NCBI GenBank assembly: GCA_030525785.1
Contig: JAUNEA010000004.1
Span: 69,359 to 133,358 of the forward strand
Direction: 5' to 3'
Length of the DNA: 64,000 nt
Origin: Cardiobacteriaceae bacterium
GTDB taxonomy: Bacteria > Pseudomonadota > Gammaproteobacteria > Cardiobacteriales > Cardiobacteriaceae
The notes below the pieces were generated by a model. It was not told the DNA's origin. It did no database searches and saw only the letters and a list, made by a program, of their open reading frames with translations. Shown piece by piece: positions 41,426 to 51,924 of this stretch. The position numbers and the translations under genes are program-made. Each line of letters begins with the position of its first letter. The first letter of the stretch is position 1.

Positions 41426-43347
41426 ACCTCACCAGCCTCCAACAATAACCACCGCTCCATAGCCTCATCTAAAGCCTGTTGTACTTGCTCCAGCTCCGCA
41501 AACAAAGCGCTTTGCTTTTCCATCGGCTGCTGGTAAAAATCCACATCATTCACCTTAGCGGTCAGTTGTTCTAACAAAGCCTCCAATTGCGCCACTTTCT
41601 CAGGCATTTGCTCAAGCTCTCGTTGGAATTTGTAGGAAAGTTTCGTTTTTTTCTCTCCAGTAGACGCTGGTTTATTTTTATCAGCTGTAACCAATGAAGC
41701 TTGCGCAGCGCTCGATGCAGACGGTTTTTCTGCCTCTATCACGGGGCGTTCCAAATCAGCCACTTTCCCACCCTGACGTTGCCAATCCTCAAAGCCGCCC
41801 ACAATGCGCTCAATCTTCCCTTTGGCTTGATTAAATACCCAAAGCCTTGTGACAACTGCATCTAAGAAGGCTCTATCATGGCTAACCAAAAGTACTGTCC
41901 CCTCATATTCTGCCAGTACTTCTTCCAGCAATTCTAAGGTTTCTACATCTAAATCGTTGGTCGGCTCGTCCAACACCAACACATTAGCAGGCTGGGCAAA
42001 CAATCTCGCCAACAACAATCTTGCTCGCTCACCGCCAGACAAAGCGCTTACAGGCGTATTAAAGCGTTCTGGTGGAAAGAGAAAATCTTGCAAATAGGCT
42101 GCAATATGCTTACGTTTGCCATGAATTTCCACATAATCCTTACCCTGCCCCAAACTCTCGCGCACGGTTTCTTGCGGATTTAACGTGGCGCGTAGCTGGT
42201 CAAAATAGGCAACTTGTAATTGGGTTCCTTGCTTAACCTCACCAGAAGTAGGCTCCAATTCTCCTAATAACAAGCGTAATAAAGTGGTTTTTCCAGCCCC
42301 ATTACTCCCAACCAAACCAATTTTCTCTCCACGCTCCACAATTTCATCAAAATGCTCCACCAGCACCCGACCATCAGGGTAGGCAAAAGAAAGCGCTTTG
42401 GAAACCACAACCTGCTTACCACTTCTCAGCCCTGCATCAAGCTGCACATTAGCTTTGCCCTGCTGACTAATTCGCGCCGCACGCTCTGCACGCATTGCCT
42501 TTAAAGCTCGCACGCGCCCTTCGTTACGCGTCCGCCGCGCTTTAATCCCTTGCCGAATCCAAACTTCTTCTTCTGCCAGCTTTTTATCAAAACGCGCTTC
42601 TTCCATAGCCTGTGCGTGTAGCAATTCATCTCTTGTACACATGAATCGCTCATAATCACAACGCATATCCAGCAATTGCCCTCTATCCAAGTGCCAAATT
42701 CGATTGGAAACGCGTTGCATAAAGGCTCGATCGTGTGTAACAAAAACAACCGCCCCCGCAAAACTCAGCAACAAATCTTCCAACCATACAATCGCCCCCA
42801 TATCGAGATGGTTGGTTGGTTCGTCCAATAAAAGAATATCGGGCTTACTGACCAACACTCGAGCCAACCAAACTCTTCTACGCCAACCACCTGATAATGA
42901 TGCCATCAAATCCGTGCCTGTTAGCTGGAAACGCGTCAAAATGGCATCAATGCGCTCTTCAATACTCCACGCTCCTAAGCGTTGTACCTCATGCTCCAAA
43001 GCGCTTAATTGCTCGGTTTCACCATTTTCCAAAGCGCTTTGGTAGGCTTCTCGCGCCACAATAGCGTCCTGCAAACCTTCCGCTACCACATCAAAAACCT
43101 TTCTCTCATCAGCAGCTGGTGGGTCTTGTGGTAAATACGCTACTTTTACACCATCAGCCAAACGAACTTCGCCATCATCGGCAAATTGTGCGCCACGCAA
43201 AACATGCAATAAAGTCGATTTGCCTTCACCATTACGCCCCAACAAGGCAACCTTATCCCCTTGTTCTAAAGCAAAACTCACACCCGATAATAAAGGGCGA
43301 TAACCAAACGCCAAACTCAGCTGCTGTGCCGTCAATAAAACACCCAT
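41422..43347 (-). CDS. uup: ABC-F family ATPase (Uup-like)
   Basis: Two ABC cassettes (GRNGEGKST; GSNGAGKTT), an inter-domain linker and a C-terminal coiled-coil tail. Start placed at MGVLLTAQQL; the tracked ORF extends 40 codons upstream. Confidence 0.85.
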   Translation of the reverse strand: MGVLLTAQQLSLAFGYRPLLSGVSFALEQGDKVALLGRNGEGKSTLLHVLRGAQFADDGEVRLADGVKVAYLPQDPPAADERKVFDVVAEGLQDAIVAREAYQSALENGETEQLSALEHEVQRLGAWSIEERIDAILTRFQLTGTDLMASLSGGWRRRVWLARVLVSKPDILLLDEPTNHLDMGAIVWLEDLLLSFAGAVVFVTHDRAFMQRVSNRIWHLDRGQLLDMRCDYERFMCTRDELLHAQAMEEARFDKKLAEEEVWIRQGIKARRTRNEGRVRALKAMRAERAARISQQGKANVQLDAGLRSGKQVVVSKALSFAYPDGRVLVEHFDEIVERGEKIGLVGSNGAGKTTLLRLLLGELEPTSGEVKQGTQLQVAYFDQLRATLNPQETVRESLGQGKDYVEIHGKRKHIAAYLQDFLFPPERFNTPVSALSGGERARLLLARLFAQPANVLVLDEPTNDLDVETLELLEEVLAEYEGTVLLVSHDRAFLDAVVTRLWVFNQAKGKIERIVGGFEDWQRQGGKVADLERPVIEAEKPSASSAAQASLVTADKNKPASTGEKKTKLSYKFQRELEQMPEKVAQLEALLEQLTAKVNDVDFYQQPMEKQSALFAELEQVQQALDEAMERWLLLEAGEV

Positions 43348-43474
43348 AACACTCTCATCTCTCAAACCATTTTCAAAAGAAAAGCGCTTTGGGTGACTCA
43401 CCGCAAAGCGCTTTGTTTCCAACAATCCATAACCACTTTTAAGATGCTTACTCCCAAATGTGGTCAAAAATGGA

Positions 43475-43894
43475 TTACTTCACCATTTCATCTAATTTTT
43501 CGCCGATGATGGCTGATAATTTACCCGCACCGTGCAAAATATGCGCCAAAATAGCACTTTGATTTGATTGCAACATTAAAATCAAAGATTTCTGCCCAGC
43601 TTTAATTGAGCTTAAGTAAACTTTACCTTTATCGCTATCGATAGTCACCGATTTGCAACCATTGAGTGAAAATTCATTGACCAGTGATGAGGCTAAAGTA
43701 AACAATGTACTGCTGACTGCGGCCAGTTTGTCACCACTGTATTGCGTATCCAAAGCAGCTGAGCTAACCTCAAATCCATCAACCGTTGCCAAAATAACAC
43801 TCTTAACCACATGGTTATCTTGAAGAAAATCCTTTAACGTTTGGTTACAAAATGCTACAAACGCCTCATTACGATAGCTTTCTAATGTTGCCAT
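43475..43894 (-). CDS. Roadblock/LC7-domain protein (MglB-like)
   Basis: 139 aa with VKSVILATVDGFEVSS ... GKVYLSSI ... LILMLQSN, the characteristic Roadblock pattern. It lies 10 nt downstream of the GTPase gene. Confidence 0.7.
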   Translation of the reverse strand: MATLESYRNEAFVAFCNQTLKDFLQDNHVVKSVILATVDGFEVSSAALDTQYSGDKLAAVSSTLFTLASSLVNEFSLNGCKSVTIDSDKGKVYLSSIKAGQKSLILMLQSNQSAILAHILHGAGKLSAIIGEKLDEMVK

Positions 43895-43903
43895 ACCTTG
43901 TCC

Positions 43904-44437
43904 TTAGTTAATCTCTGCCTCAATGGAAGCAATCAAACTTTCAACCAGTAGCAAGACATCCTCACGTTGTCTCGCATCAATCTCAAACACAGGGAATAAT
44001 AAATTTTGTGCTTGCAAAATCTCTAAGCCTTGAGAAACGGTCAAGTGTGCATCAGGCAAATCGGTATGTGTAATTCCTACCACGATATGCGCCATATTGT
44101 GTTCATTAAAATAGCGCACATAATAACTCAGCTCATCTTTAGCTTTTGCACTGGAGCCGTCAATCAAAATGATGGCACCCAAAGCACCTTCTGTCACAAT
44201 TCGCCACACCAACTCAAAGCGCTCTTGACCAGGAGTTCCATACAAGCCAATTTTGGTATCATTGCCCAAAACTACTTGCCCATAGTCAATACCTACAGTG
44301 GTTAATAATTTACCGTGCGTTTTGGTATCTGTGTTATCGACATCACCACGCACCACATCAACATCAGATAACGCACGAATTGAGGTGGTTTTCCCAGCCC
44401 CCATGCTACCTGCAAAAATGATTTTATACTCTTGCAT
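43904..44437 (-). CDS. MglA-like small Ras-family GTPase
   Basis: 177 aa. G1 is AGSMGAGKTT. G3 is GTPGQ with Thr in place of the usual Asp, as in MglA (TVPGQ). The G4 region ITHTD is degenerate. Confidence 0.7.
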   Translation of the reverse strand: MQEYKIIFAGSMGAGKTTSIRALSDVDVVRGDVDNTDTKTHGKLLTTVGIDYGQVVLGNDTKIGLYGTPGQERFELVWRIVTEGALGAIILIDGSSAKAKDELSYYVRYFNEHNMAHIVVGITHTDLPDAHLTVSQGLEILQAQNLLFPVFEIDARQREDVLLLVESLIASIEAEIN

Positions 44438-44469
44438 TACAATCCCTTACACCATAATCCAAACGGATA

Positions 44470-45447
44470 CTACATGCCAAACTTCTCACGCAGACGGCGT
44501 AATAAGCCACGTTTTTCTTCGATTTTTTGCGTATTCTGAGCAACCGCCGTTGGGTTAACAGATTGCACAGGCGTTACACGCTTGCTCATCTCGTTACTTA
44601 ATTGTAACTGACCAGCTTCCAAAGTTGCAAATAAGAAACGACGAACCAACACTTCAGGATAGGAGGTTTTATCGCGTAACATCTTGATTGTTACTGCCTC
44701 TGTTTGTGCACAAGCTGCTAAACGTAAGGCTTCCGTCCGCCCCTCACGCCCTAAAGGTTGTGGCCAACGAACCAAACGATAATATCCATCTTCTTTGATT
44801 TCCTTGCCACTCATCTGCGATTGCCAGATGGTTTCAAACATCCACAAATCCAAATTAAGTTTACGCGCTGATTCTGGAATATCGTCCAAGTAAGATTCGT
44901 GCCAAGTCCAATTTTCAATATCTGGAATATTTTCACGAGGATAAGTGATATAGACTGAGCTAGTAGCAAAAACAATCCAAGTGATATTTTGCTCATAGTC
45001 TAGACGTAATACAGGGTATTTTTTTGCCCGAATAATCTCCAAAAGCGCTTGAGCATTGTTTTCAGAACCTGTTTTAGTAGATTTCACTTCTTCTACCACT
45101 GCCTGTACAGGTTGCTCGTCAAGAATGTGCGCAAGCCATGCCTGAATATGAGCTTCATCTTTTGAGCGCAAATCCAATGCTTGCAAGCCATATGCCGTCA
45201 GAATCTTCAAAGCGCTATCACTGTTATAAGCGTAAGCCACAATCGCGGTAGTTTGCGATAGATAACGCTTAATTTGAGGAGTAGCTAAGAAAACTGCATT
45301 GACCACCACTACGTTAAGTGTCGTGTGATTAGCAGGAACCCACTGAACTTCATAGCGCTTCTGTTTATTGTTTACAATCTTCTTAATTCTTTCTTCTGAC
45401 TCAGGAGCAAAGCCCAATAAGCATATATTGTATTGTTCTGACATCAT
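44470..45447 (-). CDS. hypothetical protein (325 aa) co-oriented with the GTPase/Roadblock genes
   Basis: No recognisable catalytic motif. The N-terminal ~120 aa has an alternating beta-alpha pattern (pseudo-receiver-like); the C-terminal tail is basic. Start placed at MMSEQYN. Confidence 0.5.
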   Translation of the reverse strand: MMSEQYNICLLGFAPESEERIKKIVNNKQKRYEVQWVPANHTTLNVVVVNAVFLATPQIKRYLSQTTAIVAYAYNSDSALKILTAYGLQALDLRSKDEAHIQAWLAHILDEQPVQAVVEEVKSTKTGSENNAQALLEIIRAKKYPVLRLDYEQNITWIVFATSSVYITYPRENIPDIENWTWHESYLDDIPESARKLNLDLWMFETIWQSQMSGKEIKEDGYYRLVRWPQPLGREGRTEALRLAACAQTEAVTIKMLRDKTSYPEVLVRRFLFATLEAGQLQLSNEMSKRVTPVQSVNPTAVAQNTQKIEEKRGLLRRLREKFGM

Positions 45448-45514
45448 TTTACTCCATCTTAGAAACAAGACTACCCCAACAATGTGGGGTAGATCCAGCA
45501 AAAAACCTTAAATC

Positions 45515-45871
45515 TTATGAAAAATCAAGATCTTTTTCAAATGAACGCAACTGATGACGTGCCATTGCAAGATTGGCGCGCGAACGATCCAAAACCAAAT
45601 ATAAGAATAAGTTATCATTGCGCTCTAATGGGCGAATCAAGTGATAAGCTTTTTCCAAAGAAATCAAGATATCTTCAACTCGCTCTGTTAAACCCAAAGA
45701 ACGAGCAACACGGCGTTTTGCATTCAATACTTCAGAGTTACCTGCAGCAGCAAGTTCTAAATCCATGCCACCACCTTCACTTGCCATCAATAATCCACTT
45801 TCAGCATCTACGAGTGCTGCAGCTTTGAATCCATCAATATCATTCAATGCACCAAGACTTAATTTAGCCAT
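45515..45871 (-). CDS. Roadblock/LC7-domain protein, paralog B
   Basis: 118 aa beginning [30 protein letters not shown]..., about 80% identical to paralog A. RBS GGAGAAAAG. The tracked ORF has a 35-codon N-terminal extension without homology. Confidence 0.65.
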   Translation of the reverse strand: MAKLSLGALNDIDGFKAAALVDAESGLLMASEGGGMDLELAAAGNSEVLNAKRRVARSLGLTERVEDILISLEKAYHLIRPLERNDNLFLYLVLDRSRANLAMARHQLRSFEKDLDFS

Positions 45872-46134
45872 TTTCTTTTCTCCATAGAAAAAATGTTTCA
45901 ATTGAAATAGAACTTTGCGAGCCAGTCCTATAAACACCCTCACCTCTCCACGTTGAATCAAATAAATTTTCTCCAAAGCTTTAGCCTTGGTGATCTTGTT
46001 TATTGATGACCCTCAACATCAAGAAGCCAATCCATAAGTTATTTTCGGATTATAACATTTTACTCACCATAAAACAAGCTTTATATTTATAACCCTACTA
46101 TTAAATTACAAGATCATTATCCAATCTTACAATA

Positions 46135-46491
46135 TCAAGAAAAATCCAAATCTCTCTCAAATGCTCTCAGCTGATGGCGCGCCATTGCCAAATTAGCACG
46201 ACCACGCTCCAATACCAGATATAAGAATAAATTATTATTTCGCTCAAGAGGACGAATCAAGTGGTAAGCCTTCTCTAAAGAAATCAAAATATCTTCCACA
46301 TGTTCTACTACACCTAAAGATTTTTCCACGCGGCGAGTAGCATTCAACACTTCAGCATTCCCTGCAGCAGCCAATTCCAAATCCAAACCACTTCCTTCGC
46401 CTGCCATCAATAAACCGCTCTCAGCATCAACCAATGCCGCAGCCTTGAATCCATCGATTTCTACCAAATCAACCAAACTAATTTTTGCCAT
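46135..46491 (-). CDS. Roadblock/LC7-domain protein, paralog A
   Basis: 118 aa beginning [51 protein letters not shown]... RBS AAGGACG. Confidence 0.65.
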   Translation of the reverse strand: MAKISLVDLVEIDGFKAAALVDAESGLLMAGEGSGLDLELAAAGNAEVLNATRRVEKSLGVVEHVEDILISLEKAYHLIRPLERNNNLFLYLVLERGRANLAMARHQLRAFERDLDFS

Positions 46492-46672
46492 CGCAATCGT
46501 CCTTTTGTCTTATTCTTAACATCAACACGCCTTGCCAACAAAGCGCTTTACCCGTTAAAAGAGTGGATAACTTCAAAAATCCTCTCTTTCTTTACTTGAG
46601 ATGCTTATTATAATTTTTGGTTATCACAAATGGCAAGTCTTTTTATAGCTTTTGTTTATAAGGAACCGCTTC

Positions 46673-47113
46673 ATGCTTTTTGCTCCCCACAACATCACTC
46701 AAAAATCTCAATTAAAAACCTTCACCAAAGCGCTTTTATCCCAGTATCCACAAGGGGTTTGGTATCTTTATGGCGATTTAGGCGCTGGCAAAACCACCTT
46801 CGCACAAACGCTATTGAAAATGCTTGGTTATGATGGCATCGTACAAAGCCCAACTTACAGCATCATGAACGAATATCAACTTTTTGATGGCTCCATCATT
46901 CTGCACGCCGATTTATACCGTTTGGCTGAGCCAGAAGAATTGCTTTATCTTGACGTACGCGAATGGCAAAATCGCGCTCGTTTTATCCTAATTGAATGGG
47001 CGCAGCAAGGCATTCCTCTGATTCCTGCGGCAAGTTTAGAACTCCATTTCAAGCTCCAATCTTCCCTTCGCACAGTTGAATGTCGCCTTCCCGAAAAAAC
47101 CAAAGCGCTTTGA
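46673..47113 (+). CDS. tsaE: tRNA threonylcarbamoyladenosine biosynthesis protein TsaE
   Basis: YLYGDLGAGKTTF Walker A, SPTYSI and DLYRL motifs. Start at the ATG after AAGGAA. Confidence 0.8.
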   Translation: MLFAPHNITQKSQLKTFTKALLSQYPQGVWYLYGDLGAGKTTFAQTLLKMLGYDGIVQSPTYSIMNEYQLFDGSIILHADLYRLAEPEELLYLDVREWQNRARFILIEWAQQGIPLIPAASLELHFKLQSSLRTVECRLPEKTKAL

Positions 47114-47322
47114 CACCAGCTCACAGAATCATAACTTTTACTCATAACCAAACACTGCCATATCAAACCTACTCAAGCCTTTGCTTTCCGTTACAATAAG
47201 CCACAGCATAAAAACCCATTCTCGCTCCAAAGCGCTTTGTCTCTACTGGCAACCTGCCTCTCACACTCTGACACTACAAAGCTCGCTTATGGAGCTTTTG
47301 TATGATGACACAAGGAATAATC

Positions 47323-48411
47323 ATGAAATTTGTTGATGAAGCAACCATTTACGTTCGCGCTGGCAAAGGTGGCAATGGCGTGGTGAGTTTTCGCCGTGAA
47401 AAATATGTTCCCTTTGGTGGCCCTGATGGTGGCGATGGTGGCAGCATCTTTTTGATTGCCCAAGATGGCATGAATACGCTGGCGGATTTTCGTTACAACC
47501 GCAGCTTTATTGCCCAAAGTGGCGAAGCTGGCGCTGGGCGAAATAAACGAGGAGCCAGTGGCGCAGATTTGTATGTCCCCGTTCCCATTGGAACACAGGT
47601 TTTTGTGGAAGAAACTGATGAGCTGATTGGAGATTTAGTAGAAGAAGGGCAAAGCATTAGGGTGGCGCAAGGAGGGTTTCATGGCATTGGAAACACGCGT
47701 TACAAAAGCTCAACCAACCGCGCTCCCCAACAATGCAAACCAGGCTCCGATGGCGAAGAACGCTATTTACGCTTAGAACTCAAACTCTTGGCTGATGTCG
47801 GCTTGCTCGGCATGCCCAATGCTGGCAAATCCACCTTGATTAGCCAAGTTTCCGCCGCACGTCCTAAAATTGCCGATTACCCCTTTACCACCTTGCACCC
47901 CAATCTAGGTGTTGTGCGTGTGGGGGCATTGCAAAGCTTTGTCATGGCTGATATTCCAGGCTTGATTGAAGGAGCAGCAGAAGGGGCAGGCTTAGGTCAT
48001 CAGTTTTTGAAGCATCTTTCACGCACGCGTTTACTGTTGCATATGCTCGATTGCTCACCTTTGAGTGATAGCCAAAATCCTGTGCAAGACTTTGAACAAG
48101 TGAGTGATGAGCTTTTAAAATACAGTGATGTTTTTGCTGACAAGCCCCGTTGGCTGGTTTTAAACAAAATGGATACCATCGCTGATGATGAGCAACAAGC
48201 ACGCGTTGAAGAAATCACCAAAGCTCTTAATTGGCAAGATAAAGTGTTCGTTATTTCGGGGCAAACAGGGCAAGGTTGCGCTGCCTTGTGTCAAGAAATC
48301 ATGAAATATTTGGAAGAGGTTTGGCAAATGGAACAAGAAGCCAAACAAAAACTCAAACCTGCCCCAAGCTATGAGTTCCCCGAACAACCTCATGAAACCA
48401 AAGCGCTTTAA
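47323..48411 (+). CDS. obg: GTPase Obg/CgtA
   Basis: Obg fold N-terminus ([40 protein letters not shown]), then G domain (GMPNAGKST; DIPGLIEGA; NKMD). Confidence 0.9.
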   Translation: MKFVDEATIYVRAGKGGNGVVSFRREKYVPFGGPDGGDGGSIFLIAQDGMNTLADFRYNRSFIAQSGEAGAGRNKRGASGADLYVPVPIGTQVFVEETDELIGDLVEEGQSIRVAQGGFHGIGNTRYKSSTNRAPQQCKPGSDGEERYLRLELKLLADVGLLGMPNAGKSTLISQVSAARPKIADYPFTTLHPNLGVVRVGALQSFVMADIPGLIEGAAEGAGLGHQFLKHLSRTRLLLHMLDCSPLSDSQNPVQDFEQVSDELLKYSDVFADKPRWLVLNKMDTIADDEQQARVEEITKALNWQDKVFVISGQTGQGCAALCQEIMKYLEEVWQMEQEAKQKLKPAPSYEFPEQPHETKAL

Positions 48412-48439
48412 TGCCTTAACACGGGCTATTTTCCAACCC

Positions 48440-48474
48440 AAACCCTCGTTTTAAAAACGAGGGTTTCTTTTTTC
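48440..48474 (+). terminator. rho-independent terminator after obg
   Basis: AAACCCTCGTTTT-TA-AAACGAGGGTTT followed by CTTTTTT. Confidence 0.7.
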
Positions 48475-48580
48475 CAAAGCGCTTTGTGTTATAGCTTGCT
48501 TTGTTTTTGTTATCACGCCAACCATCACACCATGCTACATTCTGAAAAGACACTTAACATTCATCATTGAGGAGAACATC

Positions 48581-49318
48581 ATGTCTGTAAACCCTATTAT
48601 CAACGAACTTCAAAAGCTCCAATGGCTTGATTTATCTCACCCCATTCACGCTGGCATTCCTCATTTCCCAGCATTCAGCCCTCTGCAAACGAAATTATTG
48701 TTCACCGTAGAAAAAGATGGCTTTTATGCCAACGAATACACCATCGCCAGCCAATATGGCACCCATCTTGATGCACCAATTCATTTCGCCCCAAACACTC
48801 GCGCCCTTCACGAGATTCAAGCGCATGAATGGGTTTTGCCTTTGTATGTGATTCACAAAGAACAAGCTGTTCTGGAGAACCCTGACTACCGTTTAACTAT
48901 TGAGGACATTCTTGCCTTCGAAGCTGAGCATGGAAAAATCACAGAAGGTAGCTTTGTGGCTTTTGCCAGTGGTTGGTCAAAGCGCTTTGATAACCCTGAA
49001 GCATTCTACAATCGAGATGATAACGGCGATACGCACACACCTGGCTGGTCGCTCGAGGCTCTTCAATTTTTGCACGAACAACGCCATGTGACAGCTATTG
49101 GTCATGAAACCTTAGATACCGATGCAGCGGTTGATTTTCGTCAGCATGGCGATTTAATCGGTGAACGCTACTGGCTCTCACAAAACAAATACCAAGTCGA
49201 GGTTCTCAATCAGCTGGATAAACTCCCTGCTACAGGCGCCATCATCTTTATCGGCACGCCCAATATTCAAAATGGCTCAGGCTTTAACAGTCGCGTTATC
49301 GCTGCCTTTCCTCAGTAA
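48581..49318 (+). CDS. cyclase-family protein (kynurenine formamidase-like, PF04199)
   Basis: HxGxH-type motif region (LSHPIHAGIPHFP), conserved DAPIHF, GHETLDTD. Confidence 0.75.
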   Translation: MSVNPIINELQKLQWLDLSHPIHAGIPHFPAFSPLQTKLLFTVEKDGFYANEYTIASQYGTHLDAPIHFAPNTRALHEIQAHEWVLPLYVIHKEQAVLENPDYRLTIEDILAFEAEHGKITEGSFVAFASGWSKRFDNPEAFYNRDDNGDTHTPGWSLEALQFLHEQRHVTAIGHETLDTDAAVDFRQHGDLIGERYWLSQNKYQVEVLNQLDKLPATGAIIFIGTPNIQNGSGFNSRVIAAFPQ

Positions 49319-49339
49319 CAAAGCGCTTTGAGGATTGTT

Positions 49340-49993
49340 TTAAGAATCTTCCCCCAAATCAATAGGGACTTCAAAATCCTCAAAATCAATGGTCTTCAAA
49401 TCGGCTATCAGGCGTTTTCGTGACCACACAAAATCACGAAACACGCCACCGCCTGCTTGTCGCCACAACGCAGAGGCTCGCAAGCCCAACAACAGTAACA
49501 CGCGGATTTGCTGGACCCTTTCTTCACGTTGCAACAAATCTACGCGCCCATAAATTTTAATCGCGCCCAAGCGTTCGGTGATGGTGTCTCGATAAAGAGC
49601 GGAGAGGAGCGAGCGTTTAGAAGGATAATCCAAGCCCAAAGCCTCTTGTTGATAACGCACTCTATCCAAGCCAGCACGAAGTTTTTGCAACAGCGGAGGC
49701 TTCTTACTTAGCTGCTTTTCTAAGCGAACAATTAAAGGAAACAAGCGAAAATGATGCATATCTGGGGCATGCTCCAAAACCTTCAACAATCGCTCACGCC
49801 CTTCATTCAAACCTTGCGCATGAGGGTAATATTCTTCAAAGCGCTTTGCTCCGAACTGCTCAATGCTGGGCAAAAGGCTTTGTATCAAACCATTGGCATT
49901 ACTCTCATCTTCAGTTGCCAACTGATGCAGATGAAAGGTGATGACTGACAAAGCGCTTAGGGCGCGTAATTGCTGCTGACGTTTCTCGTCCAT
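49340..49993 (-). CDS. hflD: high-frequency-lysogenization protein HflD homolog
   Basis: C-terminal region LRASALWRQAGGG...SRKRL resembles E. coli HflD (IRAAVLWHQVGGG...SRNRL). Directly downstream of mnmA as in the mnmA-hflD arrangement. Start at MDEKRQ after GGAGGAAG. Confidence 0.7.
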   Translation of the reverse strand: MDEKRQQQLRALSALSVITFHLHQLATEDESNANGLIQSLLPSIEQFGAKRFEEYYPHAQGLNEGRERLLKVLEHAPDMHHFRLFPLIVRLEKQLSKKPPLLQKLRAGLDRVRYQQEALGLDYPSKRSLLSALYRDTITERLGAIKIYGRVDLLQREERVQQIRVLLLLGLRASALWRQAGGGVFRDFVWSRKRLIADLKTIDFEDFEVPIDLGEDS

Positions 49994-50006
49994 CTTTCTT
50001 CCTCCC

Positions 50007-51101
50007 TCAATATCTTGCCTCAATCACGGCGCTTCCCAAGCACCGATCGTCTTCGTAAAACACCACATACTGCCCAAGTGTAATCGCACGTTGTGGCTTA
50101 TCAAAATGCACATGCAAATCCTCGCCGCGCCACTCAATTTGACACGCTTGGTCTTCTTGTCGATAACGCGTTTTTGCGCCATAAACCTTGCCTTCTACAA
50201 GCTTCTCATTGAGAAAAGCGCTTTGTCTGGCAATAAGGTGGCTGTGGTAAAGCGCTTTGTGTTCTCCTTGAGCCACCAACAAACGGTTATGTTCCAAATC
50301 CTTATCCACCACATACCAAGGCTCCTCGCTCGCCCCTGATACTCCACCAATCCCCAAGCCTTGTCGCTGACCGATGGTGTAAAACATCAAGCCCATATGC
50401 TCACCCACCACCTTGCCCTCAGGGGTCATCATCACCCCACGTTCAGGTTGGAAATAGTTTTGCAAAAAGGCGCGGAAAGGTCGCTCGCCAATAAAGCAAA
50501 TGCCTGTACTGTCTTTTTTATCAAACGTAATCAATCCTGCTTGCTCAGCAATCTCACGAACACGATGCTTCTCCAGTTCTCCAATAGGGAAAAGCGCTTT
50601 GGCAAGTTGTTGGGGGGTGATTTGGCTTAAGAAATAGGTTTGGTCTTTTTGGCTATCACGCCCTTTCAATAATACCGCCTGCCCATTCTGCTCTGCTCGC
50701 CGCGCATAATGCCCTGTGGCGAGAAAATCTGCGCCCAGCTGTTCGGCATAAAGGGCAAGCTCTGCGAATTTGATTTCACGGTTACACAAAATATCAGGGT
50801 TGGGCGTTCTCCCAGCACGATACTCCGCCAAAAAATGGGCAAACACGCGCTCATGATAAGCCTTCACAAAATCCACGATATGAAGCTTAATGCCTAAGGT
50901 TTCGCAAACATCTTTCGCATCTTCTATATCTTCTTCTAAGGTGCAATAACCAGAAGAGAAACTCTCTTCCCAGTTTTTCATAAACACCCCAAAAACCTCA
51001 TACCCTGCCTCTTTCAACAACAAAGCGCTTACCGAAGAATCCACTCCACCCGAAATCCCCACCGCAATTTTTGACCCTTTGGGAGGTAAATAAGCCATCA
51101 T
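50007..51101 (-). CDS. mnmA: tRNA-specific 2-thiouridylase
   Basis: 364 aa, PP-loop SGGVDSS, catalytic Cys residues and MnmA-like sequence throughout. Confidence 0.9.
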   Translation of the reverse strand: MMAYLPPKGSKIAVGISGGVDSSVSALLLKEAGYEVFGVFMKNWEESFSSGYCTLEEDIEDAKDVCETLGIKLHIVDFVKAYHERVFAHFLAEYRAGRTPNPDILCNREIKFAELALYAEQLGADFLATGHYARRAEQNGQAVLLKGRDSQKDQTYFLSQITPQQLAKALFPIGELEKHRVREIAEQAGLITFDKKDSTGICFIGERPFRAFLQNYFQPERGVMMTPEGKVVGEHMGLMFYTIGQRQGLGIGGVSGASEEPWYVVDKDLEHNRLLVAQGEHKALYHSHLIARQSAFLNEKLVEGKVYGAKTRYRQEDQACQIEWRGEDLHVHFDKPQRAITLGQYVVFYEDDRCLGSAVIEARY

Positions 51102-51202
51102 ACGTTTATCCTCATCATACCAACATTTACAATCTTAAGGTGGCATTGTAACAAAGCGCTTTATGCCACCCTCTTTTCATCATTATCTATGGGGAATGTT
51201 TT

Positions 51203-51856
51203 ATGAATACCAACCTTTCACTCCTTGATGCCATTCACACACGCCGCTCTGTCAAACAATTTGACCCCGAGCATCGAATCTCTCGTGATACTTTGCGCGA
51301 AATTATCCGCCACACGATTTCTGCACCCTCCAGCATCAATCTTCAACCATGGCGTTTTGTTATCTTGGATAGCCCAGAGAGTAAAGCCAAACTAAGCGCT
51401 TTGGTCAAAACCAACACCCGACAACTCGAAACCTGCTCCGCAATGATTGCCGTTATCGGCGATAACCACCATCTCCATTACGACCACCACATCTTGAACC
51501 AAAGCCTTCAAGAAGGGCATATGCCAGCTGATGTTGCCGAACATTATCTTGCCCATATTGACCACTACCGACAAACCCTAAGCCCCGCGCAAATCCAAAA
51601 CCGCAGCCTCATTGATGCTTCCCTCGCCGCCATGCAATTGATGCTCATCGCCAAAGCTTATGGTTACGATACTAACGCCATCGGTGGCTTTGAACGTGAA
51701 CAAACCTTAAAAGCGCTTTGCCTTGACCCCAGCCGTTATGTAGCTGTGATGCTGATAGCCATCGGCAAAGCAGCAAAAGCAGGCAGAAGCAGCAGCCGCA
51801 TGAGCTTGGATTATGTGCTTTCCTTTGATGATGGCTTAGGGCTGGCGCAACCATAG
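51203..51856 (+). CDS. nitroreductase-family protein
   Basis: 217 aa, HTRRSVKQF N-terminal motif, flavin-binding fold pattern. Confidence 0.7.
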   Translation: MNTNLSLLDAIHTRRSVKQFDPEHRISRDTLREIIRHTISAPSSINLQPWRFVILDSPESKAKLSALVKTNTRQLETCSAMIAVIGDNHHLHYDHHILNQSLQEGHMPADVAEHYLAHIDHYRQTLSPAQIQNRSLIDASLAAMQLMLIAKAYGYDTNAIGGFEREQTLKALCLDPSRYVAVMLIAIGKAAKAGRSSSRMSLDYVLSFDDGLGLAQP

Positions 51857-51924
51857 CAAAAAACGTGCCAATCCTCTAAACTATTCCATCTTATTCTATC
51901 CATAACCCAAATAACTGAGGCATT

